64,000 nt of DNA, taken from assembly GCA_964431645.1 (NCBI GenBank), contig CAYSKP010000027.1, positions 3,385 to 67,384 of the forward strand. Reading direction: 5' to 3'. Both the position numbers and the translations under genes were made by a program. Positions 7,877-15,458 of this stretch are shown one piece after another. This DNA comes from an uncultured Pirellulales bacterium (GTDB lineage: Bacteria > Planctomycetota > Phycisphaerae > Sedimentisphaerales > Anaerobacaceae). The notes below the pieces were generated by a model. It ran no database searches. It had not been told where the DNA came from and worked only from the letters and a program-made list of their open reading frames with translations. Numbering within the stretch: position 1 is the stretch's first letter; every line of letters begins with the position of its first letter.

Positions 7877-10387
7877 TTATGTGCAGTCCGGATTTTCGGG
7901 GTCGTTGCAGCCAAGCCATTGTTTTGCTAAATCGGCGAAGTCAAAGAAATCAACTGCGCCATCTCTTGGGAGAAAATCTGCATTGCCGCAATAATTATTT
8001 GCTTCATTACACTGTTGATTAAGCCAGAAGTCAGCGAACGCGGCAACGTCCGTATAATCAACATAACAATCGCTGTCGAGGTCCGATGGGAGACCGTGAC
8101 CCGCTGCTATAAGCTCGGCACAGGTTGAATAAGCCGGTTCCATCGCTTTGAGCACAAAACCGATTATCACTTGCCTGTTGGCTCCTGAATGAGTTGCGCT
8201 TGGAGTTTCACTTGCGCCGGTGGCGGCTTTATGGCCGGTTACACCGGTAAGACCATAAGTGCCGACCGATTGGTCTGTGCCTTCAGTGAAACCGTTGTTG
8301 AGGATATATGACCCAAGATTGCCACAAGTTGCGGCGTCAATAACCATATCACCATTGGCTGTGGCAAGCGAGGAGGTTGATATTGGATTGCCGCTGGTCG
8401 CAATATTGCTTGCAGTTGCGCCTAACGTAGTAGTTTGGGAAACATTAGAAAGGAATACACTTGAGTATGCGGATACATCTGGTGAAATGCTCCATGTGGG
8501 GACAAAACTGCCGTTTGTCGCAGCATCAACACCGGCTTCATTTAGAGTAAATGCCGCGACATAAGCATAATAACCGCTGCTTGTTACCACTTGGTCGAGC
8601 ACTTTGGTCATGGGCCGGCCGCCATACGTCACGGCCGTTAAAGAAGTATTTGCTGTGTGCTCGGCATGAGCGATGAAGACAAGTGCGCGGCTCGAGCCTG
8701 ATTCTTTGACGTGAGTCGTGCCGGAAACCCATGAGTCAAGCAGTGTAATATTTGTAATTAAATGCGGTGTTGCAGAAACTTCATTTGAGGTATTCGATTC
8801 ATTCAATGATGTATCGACGGCTGTAACGATGTAATAATAAGTTGTTCCGTTAATTGCACTGTTATCTAAATAAGCAGAAGCAGTCAAAAGCGCGACGTTC
8901 AATTTGATGTAACCAGTGCCCGGAGACATCGAGCGATATACATTGTAACCAGACAAATCTAAGTCAGAGTTATCGTTCCAATTAAGCGAAACTGAACTTG
9001 TGCCCGCGGTTGCGGTCAGGCCTGTTGGGGCGGCAGGCGCAATTGTGTCTGTTGGCGTTGCGGAAACCTCGCTGGAATCAACGGATTCATTCGAATATGT
9101 GTCAACGGCAGTTACGATGTAGTAATAAGTCACTGAGCCGTCGACATCGTAATCAATATAATCTGATGAGGGTACAACAAAGCTGTTAAGTTTGCTGTAG
9201 CCGATGCCTGAAGTAATCGAACGATAAACATTGTATCCTGCCAAATCTGTTTCATTATTATCATTCCAATTGAGCGAAACAAAGGAATCTCCTGCCGACG
9301 CGGATAAACCTGTCGGAGCAGCGGGGGCATTTGTGTCGCCGCCACCGGGCTGGTTCGAATCTTTATATAAATACAATATATCCTTGGTGAAACCTCCCAT
9401 TTCACCTTCACCAATTCTCAATGTCCAATCTGACCAGAACATAGGCGGGCCCCAGTCATAACTTGCGACCCAGGCAGTGTGGCCGATGCCGTACTGTTCC
9501 CTGAAATTAGAAAGCGGCTGGCCGTATCCGGTAATTGTGCCGTTAAGCAGGTCCTGCGGATCGGGGCTGCCGGTTTGGCTGAAACCCCACTCTGTCATTA
9601 AAATCGGAAAAACTGCGGCGCATGTAGTAATATGATTTTGATACCAGGAGGGATTGCGCCAGTGGCCGGGATAGATGTGCGAGACAACTGCAATGTTAGT
9701 GCCGCTGGGTGGATTAGATGCAATTGGTCCGATTGTCTGGGACCAGCTCGGACCCGACATAAGGATGACAGTATTAGGTGCATAAGTGCGGACAATATTA
9801 ATCCATGTCTGCATGTCGGTTTTTACAGATGCCCAATTCGCAGCATCTGAACCGAATGTGTTATTAATAGGTTCATTAAAAAGCTCATACAACACGTGTT
9901 CATCATTGGCAAATCTTGGGGCCATATATGTCCAGAACTGACTTGTTGAGGCAACATGCTCATATGTATTGGCTATGTAATGCCAGTCAATAATCGCATA
10001 CATATCTTTTGTTTTACAATAATCTACAACTGTTCTGAGAAGATTGTACAAGTCATTGTTATCGGGGTTAAAAGGATGAGGCCAGCCGTCTACAGAATCC
10101 GGAGGTGTAACATTAATTCTAATTACTTTGGGATACCAGCCCGGGGAACCGCCCTGGGAATCGGTCTTATTTGTTAAGCGGTCAATCATTTCGATAGCAC
10201 CGCCCTGCCATTCTTTAAGAAAACCTAAATCAATTAATGCGATACCCCTTAAAACGACAATATTGCCGGCGGGATCCTTTATTTTATTGCCATCTACGTG
10301 CAGCCTCGGGGTAGCGGCAAAAAGAGACATTGAAAAGAAGACGAACGTAAAAAAAATAACAATGCACGGTAACCTTCTCTTATCCAT
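7877..10387 (-). CDS. Secreted multidomain glycoside hydrolase family 5, paralog of the downstream gene: GH5, 2x FN3, unknown module, dockerin-like tail
   Basis: The GH5 motifs match its neighbour (YELFNEPIN, MTEWGF). By-eye identity in the catalytic domain is roughly three quarters. A GGAGG RBS lies before the ATG at 10387. It has a signal peptide (FFTFVFFSMSLFAATP) and a C-terminal DLDSDCYVDYTDVAAFADFWL ... DFLPRDGAVDFFDFADLAKQWL. Confidence 0.8.
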   Translation of the reverse strand: MDKRRLPCIVIFFTFVFFSMSLFAATPRLHVDGNKIKDPAGNIVVLRGIALIDLGFLKEWQGGAIEMIDRLTNKTDSQGGSPGWYPKVIRINVTPPDSVDGWPHPFNPDNNDLYNLLRTVVDYCKTKDMYAIIDWHYIANTYEHVASTSQFWTYMAPRFANDEHVLYELFNEPINNTFGSDAANWASVKTDMQTWINIVRTYAPNTVILMSGPSWSQTIGPIASNPPSGTNIAVVSHIYPGHWRNPSWYQNHITTCAAVFPILMTEWGFSQTGSPDPQDLLNGTITGYGQPLSNFREQYGIGHTAWVASYDWGPPMFWSDWTLRIGEGEMGGFTKDILYLYKDSNQPGGGDTNAPAAPTGLSASAGDSFVSLNWNDNNETDLAGYNVYRSITSGIGYSKLNSFVVPSSDYIDYDVDGSVTYYYIVTAVDTYSNESVDSSEVSATPTDTIAPAAPTGLTATAGTSSVSLNWNDNSDLDLSGYNVYRSMSPGTGYIKLNVALLTASAYLDNSAINGTTYYYIVTAVDTSLNESNTSNEVSATPHLITNITLLDSWVSGTTHVKESGSSRALVFIAHAEHTANTSLTAVTYGGRPMTKVLDQVVTSSGYYAYVAAFTLNEAGVDAATNGSFVPTWSISPDVSAYSSVFLSNVSQTTTLGATASNIATSGNPISTSSLATANGDMVIDAATCGNLGSYILNNGFTEGTDQSVGTYGLTGVTGHKAATGASETPSATHSGANRQVIIGFVLKAMEPAYSTCAELIAAGHGLPSDLDSDCYVDYTDVAAFADFWLNQQCNEANNYCGNADFLPRDGAVDFFDFADLAKQWLGCNDPENPDCT

Positions 10388-10606
10388 TATTCCATCCTCC
10401 AGAAATCAAACAAAATGAGATAATCAAGCAGAATCAATAATAAAACGACCTCCCTGTCGGGTGTGCTGTTTGTAATTGCAGCCACACTAAACATAGCAGC
10501 TTATTTTTCCTTTTATAAGAGGATATCATAAAAAAGTGGTTTAATCAAGGTTAAATATCGATTCTTACAAGGCACGAAAATCCATAAGATAAGTTGAAAA
10601 ACGTAT

Positions 10607-10747
10607 GAGAAACGATCCCGAAACTGTACCGAAAGAACCCCAAAACGAATCCCAAACTATCCCAAACTATCCCAAAACTATCCCGAAATGATAACGAAAT
10701 GACAACAAGTCACAAGAGCACAAGTCATAAGACACAAGCCACAAGAG
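10607..10747. repeat. Composite low-complexity repeat block: GAAAC-type words, a CCCAAACTAT tandem repeat and a CACAAG-rich tract
   Basis: 10607-10630 gagaaacgatcccgaaactgtacc recurs at 52916-52939 with 1 mismatch. 10651-10690 holds cccaaactat x2 exact plus 2 degenerate copies. 10707-10747 reads caagtcacaagagcacaagtcataagacacaagccacaagag. Confidence 0.7.
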
Positions 10748-10810
10748 AAAATTGGATTGCCCAAATTAACATAATTTAGACCGATTCTGTCTGCTTAAAA
10801 AAATGAAATC

Positions 10811-10846
10811 GGAGTGCCAAGGGTTGGCACTCCTGTATATTTTTCT
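10811..10846 (+). terminator. Terminator-like hairpin in an ORF-free intergenic region
   Basis: ggagtgcca-agggt-tggcactcc (9-bp stem) followed by tgtatattttt. On the opposite strand, after a 7-nt spacer, there is also a T7 run. No upstream CDS on either strand needs it. Confidence 0.45.
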
Positions 10847-11004
10847 GTTGACATTGAGAAAGATTAGTAGTAATCACTATTATAGAGAAGATTATCCACA
10901 ATCCTGAAGAAGAGCATCAATGACGAGGAAAATTAAAATAAAAAGATTTTTTGGAAAACAAAATCTATGAAACACAACCCAAAAACTTAAGGGAGGTAAA
11001 TTCA

Positions 11005-11550
11005 ATGATTAGAAAAATTATTCTCATCTCTGCGATTTTGTTTGTTCTCATGTTTTCTCAAATTACAGGAGAATGTTCTGCGGCAACGTCAGATAACTTT
11101 GTACAGGCAAAACAGAATATTTTCTCCATTATAGACAAAGGTGATTATGCCAATGCAGAATTGGCAATAAATAAAATATGTAGTGATTTCTCTGAAGAGC
11201 AGGGTTTACCTGAGGCTCTTTACTGGCTGGGTGTGAGATATGAATGGTTAGGCAGACCTGAAGAAGCTAACCGCATCTACCAGCAAGTGATTTCAAGTTA
11301 TCCCGGTAATATATGGTCAAAGAAAGCCAAGCTTGGTAACGCAAGAAACAATGCGATATCACTCATTTTGCTGCAAAATTATAAAGACGCCAAACAAGCG
11401 ATCGATAATCTGATAAATGTTTATTCAGGAGACCCGAATTTAGCTGAGACGCTTTACTGGATAATGTATAGATTTGAATGGCAGAATAAAGACGAGGACG
11501 CAAAACGGATCTGCCACTTTCTGCTAATTTACTCACTGTCTCAGGGGTAA
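11005..11550 (+). CDS. Secreted TPR-like repeat protein, possibly truncated at the 3' end
   Basis: Strong RBS aagggagg 8 nt before the ATG at 11005. Signal peptide MIRKIILISAILFVLMFSQITGECSA. Two copies of a repeat module (EALYWLGVRYEWLGRPEEANRIYQQVISSYPGN and ETLYWIMYRFEWQNKDEDAKRICHFLL...); the second breaks off abnormally. Confidence 0.6.
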   Translation: MIRKIILISAILFVLMFSQITGECSAATSDNFVQAKQNIFSIIDKGDYANAELAINKICSDFSEEQGLPEALYWLGVRYEWLGRPEEANRIYQQVISSYPGNIWSKKAKLGNARNNAISLILLQNYKDAKQAIDNLINVYSGDPNLAETLYWIMYRFEWQNKDEDAKRICHFLLIYSLSQG

Positions 11551-11552
11551 CT

Positions 11553-12095
11553 GTGCTTCTCGCATGGATTGTCCGCCAGCAACTAAAAATCAAAGGCAAA
11601 TTTTTTTCTATTATTTCCGCTGTTCCGTTTCCGGTCCTTACTTTATTTGATTCCTATGTTATGCGGCTTATCAGCAAAAAAACCGAAAAAAGCTTTGGAT
11701 GTGGTGCGGGACGCGGAAGCGTGTTGGTCGATATTCATGGATTTCTATGGCCTTGTCATCGGTTCAGCAGCAGTTTGAGAGTCCACAAAAATCTGGTTCT
11801 TGGCAGTATCTGGGGAGGATTCAACAATCGTCTTCGGAAAGCATACCTTTCGCTGGATCGGCCTGACAGTTTTGGCGCACGTTGTATTCGTTGCAAGAAG
11901 AAACAATTCTGTTTCGGCAGTTGCATCGGTGCTAATTGGCAAGAAAATGCAAATCTTTTGCGGCCGTCGCGGGGACATTGCAAGGTAGTAAATATTTTAT
12001 ATGAAGTTTCATCAAGACATGTTAATTTTATTAGTAAAACGGACCCTGTTTTTTGGAATCAATATTTAAAGTGGAAGCAAATAAACCTGCAATAA
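11553..12095 (+). CDS. SPASM-domain-only fragment of a radical SAM maturase; the radical-SAM CX3CX2C core is absent, so this is a likely gene remnant
   Basis: Complete SPASM signature: CGAGRGSVLVDIHGFLWPC (C-x12-G-x4-C), CIRCKKKQFCFGSC (C-x2-C-x5-C-x3-C) and a distal GHC. No CX3CX2C lies upstream. The reading frame opens only at 11490. The first ATG is at 11661. Confidence 0.65.
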   Translation: MLLAWIVRQQLKIKGKFFSIISAVPFPVLTLFDSYVMRLISKKTEKSFGCGAGRGSVLVDIHGFLWPCHRFSSSLRVHKNLVLGSIWGGFNNRLRKAYLSLDRPDSFGARCIRCKKKQFCFGSCIGANWQENANLLRPSRGHCKVVNILYEVSSRHVNFISKTDPVFWNQYLKWKQINLQ

Positions 12096-12110
12096 AGGAA
12101 GGATTATATT

Positions 12111-12590
12111 ATGAAAACAAAACAATCGAATCGAAAATCCTTTTCATTTATTAAAATAAAAAGGCAAAATTCTAATGATGCAAAATCATCGCGCCGTGAG
12201 TTTCTTAAACAGACAGGATATAAATGTATCGGATTTGCCGGTATGGTGTTTGCTGCTAATCTGAGCAGGCAAGCCGATGCCTGTCTGGCGACAGGTTGTC
12301 ATGTATTTTTTTGTCCAACTAGCTTTACGTGCAGTCCCTCTCCCTCTTATCCCTGTGTTGACAATAGATGCGATGAAAAAAATACCTGCTCTGGAACAAC
12401 AGATCCATATTTCATTTGCTACAGAGGTTTAGGAGATGGGAACATATGCGGAACGGACAATGAATGTTTAACATTCTTTTATTGCAGAAAAGGTCATACT
12501 TGTACTGGGCATAATTGGTGTGAGAGAACCGCCTTTGATTGTCCTTCTTCGAGTAATGTTTGTACTCCTACTAGTGATACTGGATGGTAG
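12111..12590 (+). CDS. Tat-signal, cysteine-rich secreted protein of unknown family
   Basis: RBS aggaagg. Twin-arginine consensus SSRREFLKQ, an h-region and an ADA site. The mature part of ~100 aa has 15 Cys. I see no heme or ferredoxin motif. Confidence 0.65.
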   Translation: MKTKQSNRKSFSFIKIKRQNSNDAKSSRREFLKQTGYKCIGFAGMVFAANLSRQADACLATGCHVFFCPTSFTCSPSPSYPCVDNRCDEKNTCSGTTDPYFICYRGLGDGNICGTDNECLTFFYCRKGHTCTGHNWCERTAFDCPSSSNVCTPTSDTGW

Positions 12591-12630
12591 TATTCATGTA
12601 AAAATTAACCTTCAAATAAAGGAGTTTCTT

Positions 12631-13629
12631 ATGAAAGTGCAAAAAATATTTCAAATAGCCTGTTTAATGGTTTTTATGATTTTTTTGTGTCTTGCTGATG
12701 TTTTTGCGGCCACAAGAGCGGATGAATTATTTCAAAAAGCAATATCCGAAATGCATCAGGACAAGATGGATTCAAATTCTGTGAAATTACTACTGAACAC
12801 TATATTGGCCTGTGATGATGCCAATGATGTTTTGAGAATAAGAATTCACCAGCTTCGTGCCCGGTTTAATTTTTCAAACACGGAGTTAGCGAAAAGCGAT
12901 TGCAATTCAGCTATTCTGATAGCAAAAGGGCTAATTGACCAGCGTATTAGCGGAAATACGAATCTATCGCAGGATTATCTTATATGGATGTGTGATGAAT
13001 ATGGAGCGGCCGCATCGCTTGGAAGCAGTGTGCTTTCTCAAGCTGGTGAATTTAATGAAGCGGCAGATATGTTCCTGTCATATTCAGGAGATATTCTCAA
13101 GCTCGGGCCTTTTGTCGACGTAAATGGCCAGGAAAAAATTCTTGATTTCACAGTAAGAGGATGGTGCAGAGCTGCGAAAGTAATGAAAGATGCCAAAAAA
13201 CCTGCTGAAGCGCATAAGATATTTGAAAACGCAATAGAGGTATTAAATAGACTTGATTGTCTGACTCCCGAGATGCGCGAAAAAGATGTTTATACGATGC
13301 AATTAGGGGCGTTGATAACCAGCGATGTCAATGATGAGTCATTTGGTGCTGCTGTCGCCGAGATTATTGAGAAGAATAAAACAAAACCCTGGATTGTGGA
13401 TTCTTCAATTACCATTGCGAGTTTAACGAGCTTTGAAAAACGATTCATATTTTATACTAAATTAATAAATGCTCAGCCAACAAACGCTGACGCACATTCA
13501 ATGGCATCACTTTATGATTCGGCATCAAGAGCCGCAAAGTTAGCAGGCCATCCCGAAGAAGCAGTAATCTACTACAAAACTTTAAAGCAGAAATATCCCA
13601 ATGACCCACTATCTAATTTACCTAATTAG
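12631..13629 (+). CDS. Secreted helical-repeat (TPR-like) protein of unknown function
   Basis: RBS aaggag before the ATG at 12631. Signal peptide MKVQKIFQIACLMVFMIFLCLADVFA. The composition is helical. The track's 12520 start overlaps the upstream gene and is unlikely. Confidence 0.55.
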   Translation: MKVQKIFQIACLMVFMIFLCLADVFAATRADELFQKAISEMHQDKMDSNSVKLLLNTILACDDANDVLRIRIHQLRARFNFSNTELAKSDCNSAILIAKGLIDQRISGNTNLSQDYLIWMCDEYGAAASLGSSVLSQAGEFNEAADMFLSYSGDILKLGPFVDVNGQEKILDFTVRGWCRAAKVMKDAKKPAEAHKIFENAIEVLNRLDCLTPEMREKDVYTMQLGALITSDVNDESFGAAVAEIIEKNKTKPWIVDSSITIASLTSFEKRFIFYTKLINAQPTNADAHSMASLYDSASRAAKLAGHPEEAVIYYKTLKQKYPNDPLSNLPN

Positions 13630-13922
13630 AAACCTCAATATTTGGACAATAAATAAGTAACGCAATAATCGGATATAGGGCAATTGAAAAAGTTGTCCTC
13701 AAGAATTTGATTGATTTTTGGGGTCGCTCTCTTACTAATCCATTCAGAGTATTTTCTTTGAATTCCTCTCTAAAGCTGATAATCACATTTTAAAAAGCCA
13801 AAAAGAAATATTTAGAATTATATATCTAAACCTAAATGGGTATAATCGGGATTTAACAGGTTGCTAAATCTGTGACAATGGATTAATATGATTCTTTTGT
13901 AAGTTTTAAGCGAGGAATAAGA

Positions 13923-14876
13923 GTGCGAAAAATCAGTATAGTAAAGATTATTCTCATAACAATTTCGTTTTTTTCTGTCAGCCGAAATGCAGTTTGCTCA
14001 GAGACCCTGAGATTAAATGAGCAGGGTCAATTGCAAAAAATAAGTGATAACGATGAGCAATATCTGCTGAGAGTTGCCCAGATAAAAAGGCTTGTCGATG
14101 AAGGCAGCGCCGAGAAAGTCAAAAATGCAGCAAAGCAGCTGAAAAAAGACTTTCCAGGTGTTGCTGGAGAGGACTTTAATTCCTTTATGCTGGGGGAAGT
14201 TCTGCTGGCAAAAGGAAAATTAAGCAAAGCTGTAAGGCAATATGATGTTTTTCTGGATAAATATCCAACGAGCACGTTAAAAGACGCGGCTCTTGACCGG
14301 CAGTTTGAAATAGCAAACGAATTTCTGACCGGCCGCAAAAAAACAATTCTTATGATATTTAAGCTCAGTGCATTTGAAGACGGCGTAAAAACAATGGAGA
14401 AAATCAGCGATAGGGCAGGTTCTGCTGATATTGCAAAAAGGTCGCTTGTTTTGGTTGCCCAGAGCTATGAAAAACGAAAGCAATACAACGAGGCATACCT
14501 GAAATGGTCTGAAATTTCCAACAGATGGCCTACCGGAGAAATAGCCAGGGAGGCACTTTTAGGTATGGCGAGGACTAAATACGCGTCATATCATGGTCCG
14601 CAATATGATGTATCAAGTCTAATAAGCGCTAAAACGTATTATGAAAATTTCAAGTTAAGATATCCTGAAGAAGCCAAGAGGCTTCAGGTAGATGAGATAT
14701 TGACAAATATTGCAGAAAAATTGGCACAAAAAAATCTGCTGATAGCCCAATATTATGAGAGAACCGGCAGCGCAGGTCCTGCAAATATGTATTATCAAAT
14801 GGTAGTTAATAACTGGCCGAGCAGTAAAGCGGCCGAAACAGCACGAGACAGAATAAGTAAAAAGAATTGGGAATGA
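13923..14876 (+). CDS. bamD: BamD/YfiO-like outer-membrane assembly TPR protein
   Basis: Signal sequence, TPR-like helices, and the motif LDKYPTSTLKDAALDRQFEIANEFL typical of BamD-family proteins. GTG start with a gaggaa RBS. Confidence 0.55.
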   Translation: MRKISIVKIILITISFFSVSRNAVCSETLRLNEQGQLQKISDNDEQYLLRVAQIKRLVDEGSAEKVKNAAKQLKKDFPGVAGEDFNSFMLGEVLLAKGKLSKAVRQYDVFLDKYPTSTLKDAALDRQFEIANEFLTGRKKTILMIFKLSAFEDGVKTMEKISDRAGSADIAKRSLVLVAQSYEKRKQYNEAYLKWSEISNRWPTGEIAREALLGMARTKYASYHGPQYDVSSLISAKTYYENFKLRYPEEAKRLQVDEILTNIAEKLAQKNLLIAQYYERTGSAGPANMYYQMVVNNWPSSKAAETARDRISKKNWE

Positions 14877-15385
14877 AGAATTTAGAATTAACAATTATTT
14901 ATCTTATTATTATCTCTGCTATTCTAACTATAGCGGGGTGCTCAGGTTACCAAAATTCTTCGCTGTATCCAAAGGATGTTTCCACTATTTATGTCGAGAT
15001 GTTCGATAACCAGAGTTTCAAAAGGGGAATAGAATTTCAGCTTACAGATGCCCTTGCCAAACGTATAGAGGCACAGACCCGCTACAAGATAGTCTCCAAT
15101 CGCGACAAAGCCGACACTTTAATAAGCGGGCAGCTTACCGGGGTCAGGGAATCGGTTTTAACGACTGAGCGACAAATAGGGAGAGCACTGGAAAAAAGCG
15201 TGGAACTTCGTGCGATAGTTAGCTGGAAAAACCTCAAAACAGGTGAATTATTGATGGATAATAAATTAATTTCAGCTTCGGCCAGTTACTCGGAGTGGCA
15301 AAGCCAGAGTTTTGCTTACGGCTCTACACTGGCGGCAAACACATTGGCAATGCGAATCGTAGAACAGATGGAATCCAAGTGGTAA
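14873..15385 (+). CDS. lptE: LptE-like LPS-assembly lipoprotein
   Basis: Lipobox LTIAGCSGY. The LptE-like pattern is present: IYVEMFDNQS...LTDALAKRI...ADTLISGQLTGV. Its ATG overlaps the bamD stop (ATGA). Confidence 0.55.
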   Translation: MKNLELTIIYLIIISAILTIAGCSGYQNSSLYPKDVSTIYVEMFDNQSFKRGIEFQLTDALAKRIEAQTRYKIVSNRDKADTLISGQLTGVRESVLTTERQIGRALEKSVELRAIVSWKNLKTGELLMDNKLISASASYSEWQSQSFAYGSTLAANTLAMRIVEQMESKW

Positions 15386-15458
15386 GTGGGGAAATTCCAT
15401 ATGCATATAAATAAAAATTGAATGATATTGAGATATTTTTTTTAGCAGCGGGTTTATT

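Noticed and set aside
826-10387. Inferring a cellulosome from the three dockerin-like tails
   Set aside because: No cohesin or scaffoldin gene is visible in the window. Dockerin-like EF-hand repeats occur widely on secreted proteins of non-cellulosomal bacteria.
10651-10690. A possible CRISPR array among the tandem repeats here and at 15732-15755, 54551-54592 and 56307-56400
   Set aside because: The units are only 6-11 nt or are isolated hairpins. There are no unique spacers of 25-40 nt between identical repeats, and no cas genes are in the window.
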